64,000 bases of DNA from a virus, in IMG/VR virus record IMGVR_UViG_3300042691_028354, positions 1-64,000 of that record; one strand, 5' to 3'. Made by a program: the position numbers and the translations under genes. Every line of letters begins with the position of its first letter. The first letter of the stretch is position 1. Below, piece by piece: positions 1 through 8,402 of this stretch. Under the pieces are notes generated by a model. That model was not told the origin of the DNA. It saw only the letters and a program-made list of their open reading frames with translations, and ran no database searches.

Positions 1-63
1 TTTCCGGGGCCGGTCTGGACCTGGGCGTGTCACTACGAGACTCAATGAACTCACCACTTTCCA

Positions 64-290
64 TTTGCCTGAACCGAAACGACCCGGCTCTTCGCTCTGC
101 ACTGTGTCGGCCGGCGGTGCGCTTGTCCGACGTGTCTCGGCTCCGGTGATCACTGTTCGCATTGGCTGTGGTCTGCTGCCCCGATGACGACTGATCGAGT
201 GTCCTGGCCTGACCGCAGTACGTGAATACGTATACGCCCCCTGCTCAGAAAAAAATCGCTTGGCCTTACGGCCGGTTTGCCTGAACCGAA
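64..290 (+). repeat. 15-bp direct repeat TTTGCCTGAACCGAA (64-78 and 276-290)
   Basis: Exact repeat read in the non-coding left end. Confidence 0.75.
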
Positions 291-386
291 GTGCGCTCTG
301 ACTCTGCTTCGCTGCGGCTTTCATGACCTCATGACATCATGACTTCAGTGTGAAACCGTGTAGACCCGGCGATGTAGTGTTGGCAC

Positions 387-1040
387 ATGCAACTGCGAGC
401 CAGCGATCACCTTGAATGGTGTGCGTCGGTGATGCGGGCATGCAAGGAAGAACTTGTCCAGGAGTGCGGGATCGGGTCCGAGTGTGCGCCGACCGTGTTC
501 GCCTTTGACCGCAAGGGCGCTGCTCTGGGGTGGGCGCAGATGGACGTAGGGTGCGACTCCTCCGAGGAGCAGTACCGCAAGTTGGCAATCGTGGCCGGCA
601 TGATGCGTTCCGGTTGGCATGCGGGCGCAACCGTGGTCGTCGTCGAGGGTTATGCGTGGCTAGATGCGGACAGTGGCTCCGAAGTGCCGCTTGCTGCCGC
701 CTTTGCTTCGGGCGACCTGCGGGCTGTTGAGGCGCTGGCGCTGGCCTATGCCGACGAGAACGGCGACGTGATCGAGATTGCGCTGCCTTATAACCAGAAG
801 TTGGGGCGCATCGTGGAGTGGGAACTGCCTCGCAGGCGAGATGATGACTACCTCGGCACACTCTCAGACGTCGGACGCAACGTCTTCCACTACATCGAGC
901 CACTGGAGTGGCCAACTGATTATGCCCCAGCGGTCTACATGGCCGAGATCGCTGAGCGCATGGCAGATCACGGCTTCCTCCTCGTGTGTGGGGTACCCGG
1001 GCAAGAGACTGCGTGGAACACCTCATCGGATGATTATTGA
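387..1040 (+). CDS. Hypothetical phage protein (217 aa)
   Basis: Protein-like composition; TAGTGT -10 element 6 nt before ATG (leaderless). Confidence 0.8.
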   Translation: MQLRASDHLEWCASVMRACKEELVQECGIGSECAPTVFAFDRKGAALGWAQMDVGCDSSEEQYRKLAIVAGMMRSGWHAGATVVVVEGYAWLDADSGSEVPLAAAFASGDLRAVEALALAYADENGDVIEIALPYNQKLGRIVEWELPRRRDDDYLGTLSDVGRNVFHYIEPLEWPTDYAPAVYMAEIAERMADHGFLLVCGVPGQETAWNTSSDDY

Positions 1041-1159
1041 CGTCAAAGTCCTGACCAAGTGAGCGATAAATGGATGTCACATGAAGTAGCACTTATACGA
1101 CCGCGGGTACCACTTGCGAAGTAGCGGAATCAGCTTTAGTTTCCGTCGCCCGAGTCCGA

Positions 1160-1552
1160 GTGATTCGGGATGCAAATACAAAGACGGCGGTCGGTCCAGA
1201 AGGGACGGAAGTGAAACAGGATTCACACCTCACAACATCAGAAACACGTCCTGATGTTCTACTTTGGCTAAACCATGAACAAGACTTTCGCTGCGTAGCC
1301 CTTGACGGTATTTCCCCTCAAGAAAGATTCCGGTTGGTGCAGCGGTACATCCTCGACATCACGGCAATCTTCAACTACGTAGACTTTTTGTCCGATAAAG
1401 CGATGACTGGTTTGCATGCCGCCAGCACGGCACTGGTTCAGGAGTTGGCCGGCCCCGGCGTCTTGGCATTCCTGTCGGCTGACGATCAACGACTTGAACG
1501 ACTGTTGGCCTCTGAGCAGGAGCCTGACGCGCACCTACTAGAAGACTGGTGA
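1160..1552 (+). CDS. Hypothetical protein (start may be GTG at 1211)
   Basis: ORF co-oriented with neighbours; helical, protein-like composition. Confidence 0.6.
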   Translation: MIRDANTKTAVGPEGTEVKQDSHLTTSETRPDVLLWLNHEQDFRCVALDGISPQERFRLVQRYILDITAIFNYVDFLSDKAMTGLHAASTALVQELAGPGVLAFLSADDQRLERLLASEQEPDAHLLEDW

Positions 1553-1606
1553 CTACTCGGGCTAGGGCCTTGACGTGATGTGAAGTGATGTAACAGAATC
1601 TGACTC

Positions 1607-1843
1607 ATGCCCGAACATGAGTTTGAGTCTCGTCGGACCGACCGCCCTTATCGCTTCACCCTGACAGATGTACTTGCCAACGTCTTCATCGTGACGTTCC
1701 TCGGGTTCATCTGGGTGACGGTTATTGCGCTGATCGTTCTTGCTCTTGGAATCTTCGGTTGGTACACGATCCCCGCCATGGGGGTCGCAACTTTCGCCAT
1801 GTGGCTCTTGGTGCGCATGAGCGAAGGCGGTGATCGTGAGTGA
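1607..1843 (+). CDS. Small membrane protein (two predicted TM segments)
   Basis: Two long hydrophobic stretches; GTGA overlap with next ORF. Confidence 0.75.
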   Translation: MPEHEFESRRTDRPYRFTLTDVLANVFIVTFLGFIWVTVIALIVLALGIFGWYTIPAMGVATFAMWLLVRMSEGGDRE

Positions 1844-2133
1844 TCCCGTATCAGCCAACGGTTGAGGAAGAGACAGTTGAACGGGTCCGTATGGCCCTCG
1901 CCGAGTACGGACATCCCGAAGCTCCGGTTCGTTGGGATGAAGCGGACAACGGTCCCGCGGTGCGCCTGATGGAGCACCCCTCTTACGTGACGCCCGACGC
2001 GTGCTACCGAGCGTTCCTTGTCTGCGGTGTTGATGTGCCCTGCTTCACCTGCTGGTCACACGGCATCGAGGACACCGGTACGCCTTGCACACACTCGGTG
2101 AACTACGAGGGGGTGCTTCGTGGCCCTGCGTGA
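1840..2133 (+). CDS. Hypothetical protein with CxxC
   Basis: Translationally coupled within the operon. Confidence 0.7.
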   Translation: MIPYQPTVEEETVERVRMALAEYGHPEAPVRWDEADNGPAVRLMEHPSYVTPDACYRAFLVCGVDVPCFTCWSHGIEDTGTPCTHSVNYEGVLRGPA

Positions 2134-2440
2134 CGAGATCGCGGACGCACTAAGCGTCATCCGATCATCCAAGGACAGTGAGCCCTCTGAGGAGGACTAC
2201 GACGACGCCGACTTCATCATCCAAAGGCTCCTTCGGAACCGCCCGGGCCTGCTTGCGCTCCTTGGCGACGCAACGATGCCGCCTCGGGGTGAGATGTCCA
2301 ATCGTTTGCGTTGGTGGGGGACTGTCCCCCTGAAGGAAGACGTTGCTGAGTGGTGGCCGACCGAACCCGAGCCGAACATTGACGCCGATCTGCTGAGTGC
2401 TGCCGACTACATCGACGCGCTTGAGGCAGATCGTTCATGA
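2120..2440 (+). CDS. Hypothetical protein
   Basis: Coupled ORF; GAGGGGG RBS. Confidence 0.7.
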   Translation: MALRDEIADALSVIRSSKDSEPSEEDYDDADFIIQRLLRNRPGLLALLGDATMPPRGEMSNRLRWWGTVPLKEDVAEWWPTEPEPNIDADLLSAADYIDALEADRS

Positions 2441-2688
2441 CTCCGCGTATAGCCCGCATTCGACGCCGCTGGCCGACCGAGCCTTTGTTCCGCCTGACTC
2501 GCAGTGCGACGAGTAGGGAACTTGCTGAGTCGCTTCAGGTCAGCACGAAGCGTGTTGATCGGGCCGTTGTTACGGGCCTGAATGACAAGAGCGCCGATGA
2601 GTTTGCCTGCCGCCTTGGCCTTCATCCAGCGATGTTGTGGGGTGACTGGTTTGATGCGGTCTCAGAGCTTGACGAGGTCGACGCGTGA
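2437..2688 (+). CDS. Small HTH-like DNA-binding protein
   Basis: SRELAESLQVSTKRVDR helix-turn-helix pattern; ADEFACRLGLHPAMLW. Confidence 0.6.
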   Translation: MTPRIARIRRRWPTEPLFRLTRSATSRELAESLQVSTKRVDRAVVTGLNDKSADEFACRLGLHPAMLWGDWFDAVSELDEVDA

Positions 2689-3668
2689 TCCTCGACCTCT
2701 TCGCTGGCCCTGGCGGATGGAGTGAAGGTCTGCGCATGCTCGGTTTGCCTGAACTGGGAATCGAATGGGACGCAAACGCCTGCACAACTCGCAACGCTGC
2801 CGGTCACCCCACTTTGGCTGCCGACATCGCCGAGTTGTCCACGAAGGACTTCATCGGTCATTACGAGGGCCTCATCGCCTCACCGCCATGCACTGACTTT
2901 TCCTTGGCCGGCAACCGGCTCGGGGTAGACGGAACCAGTGGCCACCTAGTCACTCAAGTGTTGCGGTGGGCGAAGGATCTACGTCCTGCGTGGATCGCGT
3001 GTGAACAGGTCCCTCCTGTTTTGCCGATCTGGCTTGACTACGCAGAGCAGTTGCGCACATGGGGCTACAAGGCGTGGGCAGGCGTTCTGAACGCCGCCGA
3101 CTATGGCGTTCCACAGACGCGCAAGCGTGCCGTACTGATGGCGTCGCGTGTCGGACCGGTTTCTGCGCCGACACCTACCCATTCAAAGGATTCGCTCGTG
3201 AATACCATCCCCTGGGTCTGTATGGGTCAGGCCCTGTCCTGGGGAACTACGCCGGCAGGGTTCTCCTGCGCAATCGACACCGGAGAGCGCCAGAAGCTCA
3301 CTCGGGACGAGGCGAACCTGAGTTGGTCGGCGAGCGACGTGGTCCTCAACACCGGTCGAGACTGGAAGAAGGGGAAGGGGCGTGATGATGCTCAGAAGAT
3401 CGCCCTTTCCGCCCCAGCCCCAACGCTCACTGGTCAATGCAGTGCGTGGTGGTTTCAGAACATTGCAGTTGGGCGTCCGTACCCGGCTGCGCCGTTCACA
3501 CCAACCGATGCGCTAACCCTTCAGGGCTTTCGCCCCGACTACCCAGTGCAGGGTCGTCGGGCCGAGCAGTTCACTCAAATCGGCAACGCCGTCCCCCCGC
3601 CGTTGGCGGCCCATGTCGTCAAGGCCCTCTCCTTGCCGGCGATTGAAGCACTCGAGGTGACTCGGTGA
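2685..3668 (+). CDS. C5 cytosine DNA methyltransferase
   Basis: Motif I DLFAGPGG, motif IV SPPC, motif VI EQV, motif VIII PQTRKR, motif X QIGNAVP. Confidence 0.93.
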   Translation: MILDLFAGPGGWSEGLRMLGLPELGIEWDANACTTRNAAGHPTLAADIAELSTKDFIGHYEGLIASPPCTDFSLAGNRLGVDGTSGHLVTQVLRWAKDLRPAWIACEQVPPVLPIWLDYAEQLRTWGYKAWAGVLNAADYGVPQTRKRAVLMASRVGPVSAPTPTHSKDSLVNTIPWVCMGQALSWGTTPAGFSCAIDTGERQKLTRDEANLSWSASDVVLNTGRDWKKGKGRDDAQKIALSAPAPTLTGQCSAWWFQNIAVGRPYPAAPFTPTDALTLQGFRPDYPVQGRRAEQFTQIGNAVPPPLAAHVVKALSLPAIEALEVTR

Positions 3669-4015
3669 GCGACATGTATGCGGCTCATTCCGAGATCCGA
3701 GAGATGCGTGCTGCGAACAACGAACTACATCAACTGAACACCCAACTCCAAGCCCAACTCAAGGAGGCAACTCGCATGGATAAGCCATGTGGTGACATCA
3801 CCGGAATCTTTTCTGACAGGTGGCCGTACAACTGGCATGCCTGTTTCTACTGCAAGCCTCACGGCGTAACGGCCGAAGCATCAGGTAAGTCTTGGCTTGG
3901 CCGCAAGAAGGCTCATGCCGCATACGAACGAGCGATGCTTCAGGTCTTTCGCGTCGGCGCTGATCATGCAACGACGATGGCTTCTGTTCAGCGGCGTTCC
4001 GAGTGGGGTGCGTGA
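3665..4015 (+). CDS. Hypothetical protein
   Basis: Coupled ORF (GTGA / TGATG overlaps). Confidence 0.7.
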   Translation: MSDMYAAHSEIREMRAANNELHQLNTQLQAQLKEATRMDKPCGDITGIFSDRWPYNWHACFYCKPHGVTAEASGKSWLGRKKAHAAYERAMLQVFRVGADHATTMASVQRRSEWGA

Positions 4016-4299
4016 TGCAACTCGTAGATCCGATCAATGTTGTGAAGGTCAAGTCGGTTGTGACCCACGCGAAGGCACTTGCTTTCATTCATCGCTTCAT
4101 CACCCTCAATGGCTACCCACCGAGCATCCGTGAGATCGGTGCGGCGGTGGACGAGAGATCTTCGGCCCAGGCCAAGGTCATCGTGGATGGCATCGTGCGT
4201 CGGGGATGGCTCCGACGGGTCCCGAAGATCCCACGCGGCATCATCATCACTCCTGACGGCATGGACGTACTCAAGTACATCGAAGAGAACGACCTGTGA
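4015..4299 (+). CDS. LexA-type winged-helix DNA-binding domain protein (no peptidase domain)
   Basis: FITLNGYPPSIREIGAAV...RGWLRRVPKIPRGI matches the LexA N-terminal domain. Confidence 0.8.
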   Translation: MQLVDPINVVKVKSVVTHAKALAFIHRFITLNGYPPSIREIGAAVDERSSAQAKVIVDGIVRRGWLRRVPKIPRGIIITPDGMDVLKYIEENDL

Positions 4300-4973
4300 T
4301 CACCCGCATCCACGACGGCGGCTTCGTCACTCTTGATGCGGCCATGGCCGATGACCTGAGCGTCGTCAACGCTGCTCGCGTGAGCTTCGCCAAGCAGTCG
4401 GAGTCGATGGGGGATTCCGAGGTTGGGCTTGTGGGCTTTCTAATGCGAGAGCGTCACGGGACTCCCTTCGAGCACAACGCTTTTCGCTTCCATGTTCGTT
4501 GCCCAATCTTCGTGGCACGTGAGTGGTTCCGTCATCGCATCGGCTCTTTCAACGAGCTCAGTGGCCGCTACACAGAACTGCCGGCAGAGGCTTATCTCCC
4601 GAGTGCGGAGTACGTTCGATCCCAGACCGGAAAGCCTGGCTCCTACTCCTTCGTGGCAATGACCCCTGAGATAGCGGAGATAGCGAGGGACCGCATCGAA
4701 GAGGCTTACGCCAAGGCGTTCAACAACTACCGATCCATGCTTGCTGCTGGAGTGGCCAAAGAGGTTGCACGCATGGTCCTGCCGGTCGGCACCTACACCG
4801 AGTTTTACTGGACGGTGAATGCCCGCTCGCTGATGAACTTCCTGTCACTGCGTAATGCTCCCACGGCACTTCGGGAGATCCGAGACTACGCAATGGCAGT
4901 TGAGAACAAGTTCGGTCTCACGATGCCCGTGACCTACGCAGCGTGGCTTGAGAACGGCCGTGTTTCTCCGTGA
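4296..4973 (+). CDS. thyX: Flavin-dependent thymidylate synthase
   Basis: VNAARVS, HGTPFEH, REWFRHRIGSFNELSGRY ThyX motif. Confidence 0.95.
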   Translation: MITRIHDGGFVTLDAAMADDLSVVNAARVSFAKQSESMGDSEVGLVGFLMRERHGTPFEHNAFRFHVRCPIFVAREWFRHRIGSFNELSGRYTELPAEAYLPSAEYVRSQTGKPGSYSFVAMTPEIAEIARDRIEEAYAKAFNNYRSMLAAGVAKEVARMVLPVGTYTEFYWTVNARSLMNFLSLRNAPTALREIRDYAMAVENKFGLTMPVTYAAWLENGRVSP

Positions 4974-5422
4974 CTAGCAATAAGGACACCCAGTGGCTTC
5001 AAGCCTGCCTCGCCATGGGGCAGTTGTTTTCAACCTGCACCAGGCGCCAGTACGCCGCGCTGATCATCGCGCCGAACGGGCGACTTGTCGGTTTCGGCTA
5101 CAACGGCTCTCCGCCCGGGCAGTCACATTGCAACGAGGGGGCTTGCCCTCGAGCAAACTCCACTGTTGCTCACGGATCCCCTTACGACGCGGGCGCTGGA
5201 CGCTGCATCGCTGTCCATGCTGAGGCAAATGCTCTGTTGTTCTCTGACGCCACGGCACGCACCGGAGCAACTCTCTACGTCAACGGCCCACCCTGCGCTG
5301 ACTGCTCCAAGCTCATCGCTGCGTCTGGGATCACTCGCGTGGTCCACACTCCAGATGAGGCTTATGCGTCCACAGGTCTAGCGGAGATGGGAATCGCCGT
5401 GGAGCAGATCAAGTTGATTTAG
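4970..5422 (+). CDS. dCMP deaminase family protein
   Basis: GYNG, HAEANAL and PCADC zinc-binding motifs. Confidence 0.9.
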   Translation: MTSNKDTQWLQACLAMGQLFSTCTRRQYAALIIAPNGRLVGFGYNGSPPGQSHCNEGACPRANSTVAHGSPYDAGAGRCIAVHAEANALLFSDATARTGATLYVNGPPCADCSKLIAASGITRVVHTPDEAYASTGLAEMGIAVEQIKLI

Positions 5423-5652
5423 TACGGGGGAAGGTGAGTGGCGGACGACGTTGCATCCTTGCCGACACCGAGCCAGCGCAACAGTGTCATCAACTTGTAC
5501 GGGTTGTCCGTGCGGATCGTGATGCTGGCACCGTCAAGATTGCCGTCCTGGTCGTAGATGGCTTCAGCCGACGAGCCGGGCCACTGTTCACTGAACCTCA
5601 ACTCAAGATCAAGAGCTTCGGCAGGGTTGGTGGGGGAGTCGTCGTTGAACAT
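5419..5652 (-). CDS. Hypothetical protein (77 aa)
   Basis: ATG at 5652 preceded by TAGGCT -10 element. Confidence 0.55.
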   Translation of the reverse strand: MFNDDSPTNPAEALDLELRFSEQWPGSSAEAIYDQDGNLDGASITIRTDNPYKLMTLLRWLGVGKDATSSATHLPPY

Positions 5653-5686
5653 CGCTACGTAGCCTAGATGACTGCGCTGTCCGTTG

Positions 5687-5860
5687 CTATGCCCCGTCGA
5701 TGGAGCGCCGTACCTCAATCAGCCATGGCCACGGCATGGAGAACTGGCGGATGCGTGTTGGACTCAATGAGTAGATGACGATTCCATCAGTATTGATCTC
5801 ACATTCCACAGACTCATCACCTCCGGTGACAAGAATGGGATCCACGGCGCTTGATTCCAT
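5687..5860 (-). CDS. Small hypothetical protein (57 aa, MESSAVDPILVTGG...), below the ORF-track cut-off
   Basis: Hand translation; TACCAT -10 element 7 nt before ATG. Confidence 0.55.
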   Translation of the reverse strand: MESSAVDPILVTGGDESVECEINTDGIVIYSLSPTRIRQFSMPWPWLIEVRRSIDGA

Positions 5861-5892
5861 GATGTGAATGGTAGATGGCAGCCCTTACGGCA

Positions 5893-5929
5893 AAGAAGAA
5901 GCCCACCCTCGAAAGAGTGGGCTTCTTTC
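5893..5929. terminator. Intrinsic terminator hairpin, probably for the rpf-like gene and possibly bidirectional
   Basis: AAGAAGCCCAC...GTGGGCTTCTT inverted repeat with T-rich flanks. Confidence 0.75.
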
Positions 5930-5966
5930 ACTTGTTTCAGTTTGGAGATTGCTCTCTTTCAATGAG

Positions 5967-6626
5967 TCAGATCCAGCCGAACTTGCGACTACAGCCCGGC
6001 CAAGCTTTCCACCCAGATCCGGCGAGGACTCGCTCAGCGATCACAATCTGCTGTTCACGACTTGCTTCCCACGGGTGAGGGGCGAACTCTCCACCGCCGT
6101 AGGAAAGCCACGTTGAGTAGGAGCGCTGGTGCATGAACTGAAGACCGCCACCGAATCCATTTCCGGTATTGGTGGCCCAGTTGCCGCCGGCCTCGCACTG
6201 AGCAAGTTGATCCCAGCGAGAACCGTCACCTGAGTCGTAGTTGGGTGCAACGGATGGTGATGCGACTTGAAGTGCTGGTGCATCGGGCACCGAGCCAACT
6301 CCAAGAAACGCAACAGCAGCGAGATGAGCCTCTCGAGTGCTGCTTCCGTACTGACCATCAGCAGCAACGCCGAGCTTGACTTGGAGATCAGCAACGCGCT
6401 CGCTGCTTTCACCCCAGCCGTACCCCGACAGCACGGCCTCCCAATCAACTGGTGCTTCCATGGGAGTTGTTGTCGTAGTGGTCGTCTCGATGACGACCCC
6501 CTCCAGTTCGGTGAAACGAGAGGGTTCGGATTCAGTGCTTCCAGGTGGAGCAGCGCTGATCACAATGGCAACAAGGGACATGAGAACGACCGTCGCTAGG
6601 ACGACCATGTTTCGGGTATGACGCAT
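5967..6626 (-). CDS. Secreted resuscitation-promoting-factor (Rpf)-like lytic transglycosylase with a peptidoglycan-binding domain
   Basis: N-terminal signal/TM segment; VADLQVKLGVAADGQYG PG-binding motif; WDQLAQCEAGGNWATNTGNGFGGGLQF...ASREQQI...GWKAWPGC Rpf domain; GGAAGGA RBS before ATG 6626. Confidence 0.9.
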   Translation of the reverse strand: MRHTRNMVVLATVVLMSLVAIVISAAPPGSTESEPSRFTELEGVVIETTTTTTTPMEAPVDWEAVLSGYGWGESSERVADLQVKLGVAADGQYGSSTREAHLAAVAFLGVGSVPDAPALQVASPSVAPNYDSGDGSRWDQLAQCEAGGNWATNTGNGFGGGLQFMHQRSYSTWLSYGGGEFAPHPWEASREQQIVIAERVLAGSGWKAWPGCSRKFGWI

Positions 6627-6883
6627 GAAAGCGTTCCTTCCGTAGGGGACAGGACCCACTCGGTTGGTCACTTGCGATCCGAGTGGTGCGCCACCCTTAC
6701 GGCGGGTGACTGGCCATCGCGCGACGTAACGCATACTTGACGTGACCTACGTCTAGCGATGTAAAGCCTAGTCTTACCCCTATACGGCAATGATGCAAAC
6801 GAGTGCAGTGAAGTCATGTACTAGCGATCAGATCGCTTGACCACAGGCCATCAACCGTGTTCTGATGGCGGCAGAGGAACTTC

Positions 6884-6892
6884 TGTGGATAA
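6884..6892 (-). promoter_or_regulatory. Perfect DnaA box (TTATCCACA on the minus strand)
   Basis: TGTGGATAA on plus strand. Confidence 0.55.
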
Positions 6893-6898
6893 CTCGAC

Positions 6899-6916
6899 CC
6901 GTCACCTTTCCGTCAC
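6899..6916 (+). repeat. Integrase arm-type sites, left (CCGTCAC x2, 11-bp period)
   Basis: The same tandem pair recurs at 7167-7184 on the other side of the att core. Confidence 0.75.
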
Positions 6917-7038
6917 GGCGATAGGCCCAGAGAAGCCTTTATCTACGGCATTTCACACCAAGTAAGCGATCCCAAACACGCAGGTTGGAACACATTTCCC
7001 CAGTTCGGAGACTCGAACACTACTGAGTCACACTGAAA

Positions 7039-7083
7039 CTGGGGGACCGAAGGTCGTGGGTTCGAATCCCGCCAGCCCGACCA
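7039..7083 (+). other. attP core: 3' half of tRNA-Pro(GGG)
   Basis: CTGGGGG anticodon loop, GGTTCGAATCC T-arm, CAGCCCGACCA acceptor end; no matching 5' half; lies just upstream of the integrase. Confidence 0.85.
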
Positions 7084-7109
7084 AAGAAAACCCCTGAAGG
7101 AATAAGGCT

Positions 7110-7137
7110 CGGAGGCTCCTCGGAAGGGGGGCCTCCG
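7110..7137 (+). terminator. Hairpin downstream of the att core (putative terminator for the reconstituted tRNA)
   Basis: CGGAGGCTCC...GGGGCCTCCG inverted repeat. Confidence 0.55.
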
Positions 7138-7166
7138 GTGCCGAGATCTGCCCTCTGGGGGCGTTT

Positions 7167-7184
7167 CCGTCACCGTTCCGTCAC
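7167..7184 (+). repeat. Integrase arm-type sites, right (CCGTCAC x2)
   Basis: TTTCCGTCACCGTTCCGTCAC. Confidence 0.75.
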
Positions 7185-7209
7185 TGATGTAGGTCAATCG
7201 CTAATAGGG

Positions 7210-7218
7210 TGTGGATAA
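7210..7218 (-). promoter_or_regulatory. Perfect DnaA box
   Basis: TGTGGATAA on plus strand. Confidence 0.55.
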
Positions 7219-7274
7219 GCGTAGAGACGAGCGCATAAGCTCGTGGTCTAGTCGCATCACTTTAGCGAAGGAAC

Positions 7275-8402
7275 GTGAATCCAATGCAGGGACGTGTATT
7301 CAAGACAGAAACGTGGGGATTCGTCTTTGACCTACCTAAGGTCGATGGTGTCCGCCAGCAGTACAGGCGACAGGGGTACCGAACGAAGGCTGATGCGGCT
7401 CAGGCCATGCGTGAGGCCATTGAGAACTTCGGCAAGGTCGCCGGAACCTCGCTCACACTTGAGCGATTCATCAACGAGAAGTGGTGGCCGGTCCATTCGG
7501 TTGAACTGAAGAGTTCAACGAAGGGCGCATACAAAACGATCCTGAACCGACACATCGTCCCGAGACTCGGGAAGTGCCGAGTTGCCGAACTTGATGTCGT
7601 TGCCGTGAAGGAGTTCCGGGCTGAGTTGATCTCTTTGGGATTGGCTCAGAATACGGTCCGCAATGCTTTGACTGTCCTGAAGGCAATCTGCCGCTCAGCG
7701 GTCGAGCATCGCCTCCTGGCTGAGAATCCGACCAGTTCGGTGCGGCACAAGAAGAAGAACGGCACGGCCATGAAGATTCGTGCTCTTACCTCAACACAAC
7801 TTGCTTCGCTCCTGGCGTACTGGAAGGACGACCCGATCTTCGGTGTCGTCTACACCGCAGCCATGACTGGAATGCGTCGTGGTGAAGTTCTCGGGCTTTG
7901 GTGGGAGGACGTAGATCTTGCCACGGGGTCACTTAGGGTCAACCGCAACCTTGTGTCTGTCGCGTATGCAGTGGAACTCACCACGCCGAAGTCCGAGACA
8001 AGCGAACGTGATGTCTTCCTTCCACCACAACTCGTGTCTTACCTTCGTGCGTTGAAGACCGATCGGGATGCTGCTGGTGTCTCTTCGCCACATGTGTTCG
8101 TCACGGCCAAGGGGGAGCCATTTCACCCCGACTACATCCGGCAGCGGTACCGTCGGCGAATGTTGACGTGGAGTGGACCAACTATTCGCTTCCATGATCT
8201 ACGTCACACGTGGGCGACGATTGCCCTTGATAGTGGTGTGGGGATCAACGCCGTAAGCGAGATGCTCGGCCACTACGACGCCGGCTTCACTTATTCGGTC
8301 TATGGCCATTCATTGCCCAACTCTCACTCGAGTGCGGCGGAGACGTTTGGGCGGGCGCTTGATCAAGCGGTTGACAAGTCTCCAGAGTCTGAGTCTGCGT
8401 AG
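7275..8402 (+). CDS. int: Tyrosine integrase
   Basis: N-terminal arm-binding region; TGMRRGE, HDLRH, LGH and Y catalytic residues. Confidence 0.95.
   Translation: MNPMQGRVFKTETWGFVFDLPKVDGVRQQYRRQGYRTKADAAQAMREAIENFGKVAGTSLTLERFINEKWWPVHSVELKSSTKGAYKTILNRHIVPRLGKCRVAELDVVAVKEFRAELISLGLAQNTVRNALTVLKAICRSAVEHRLLAENPTSSVRHKKKNGTAMKIRALTSTQLASLLAYWKDDPIFGVVYTAAMTGMRRGEVLGLWWEDVDLATGSLRVNRNLVSVAYAVELTTPKSETSERDVFLPPQLVSYLRALKTDRDAAGVSSPHVFVTAKGEPFHPDYIRQRYRRRMLTWSGPTIRFHDLRHTWATIALDSGVGINAVSEMLGHYDAGFTYSVYGHSLPNSHSSAAETFGRALDQAVDKSPESESA

Noticed and set aside
6630-6800. c-di-AMP (ydaO) riboswitch upstream of rpf
   Set aside because: The conserved ydaO sequence blocks were not recognisable; only generic stems were seen
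7005-7083. Complete phage tRNA-Pro gene
   Set aside because: No 5' acceptor strand (CGGGCTG) or D-arm upstream; only the 3' half is present, consistent with an att core
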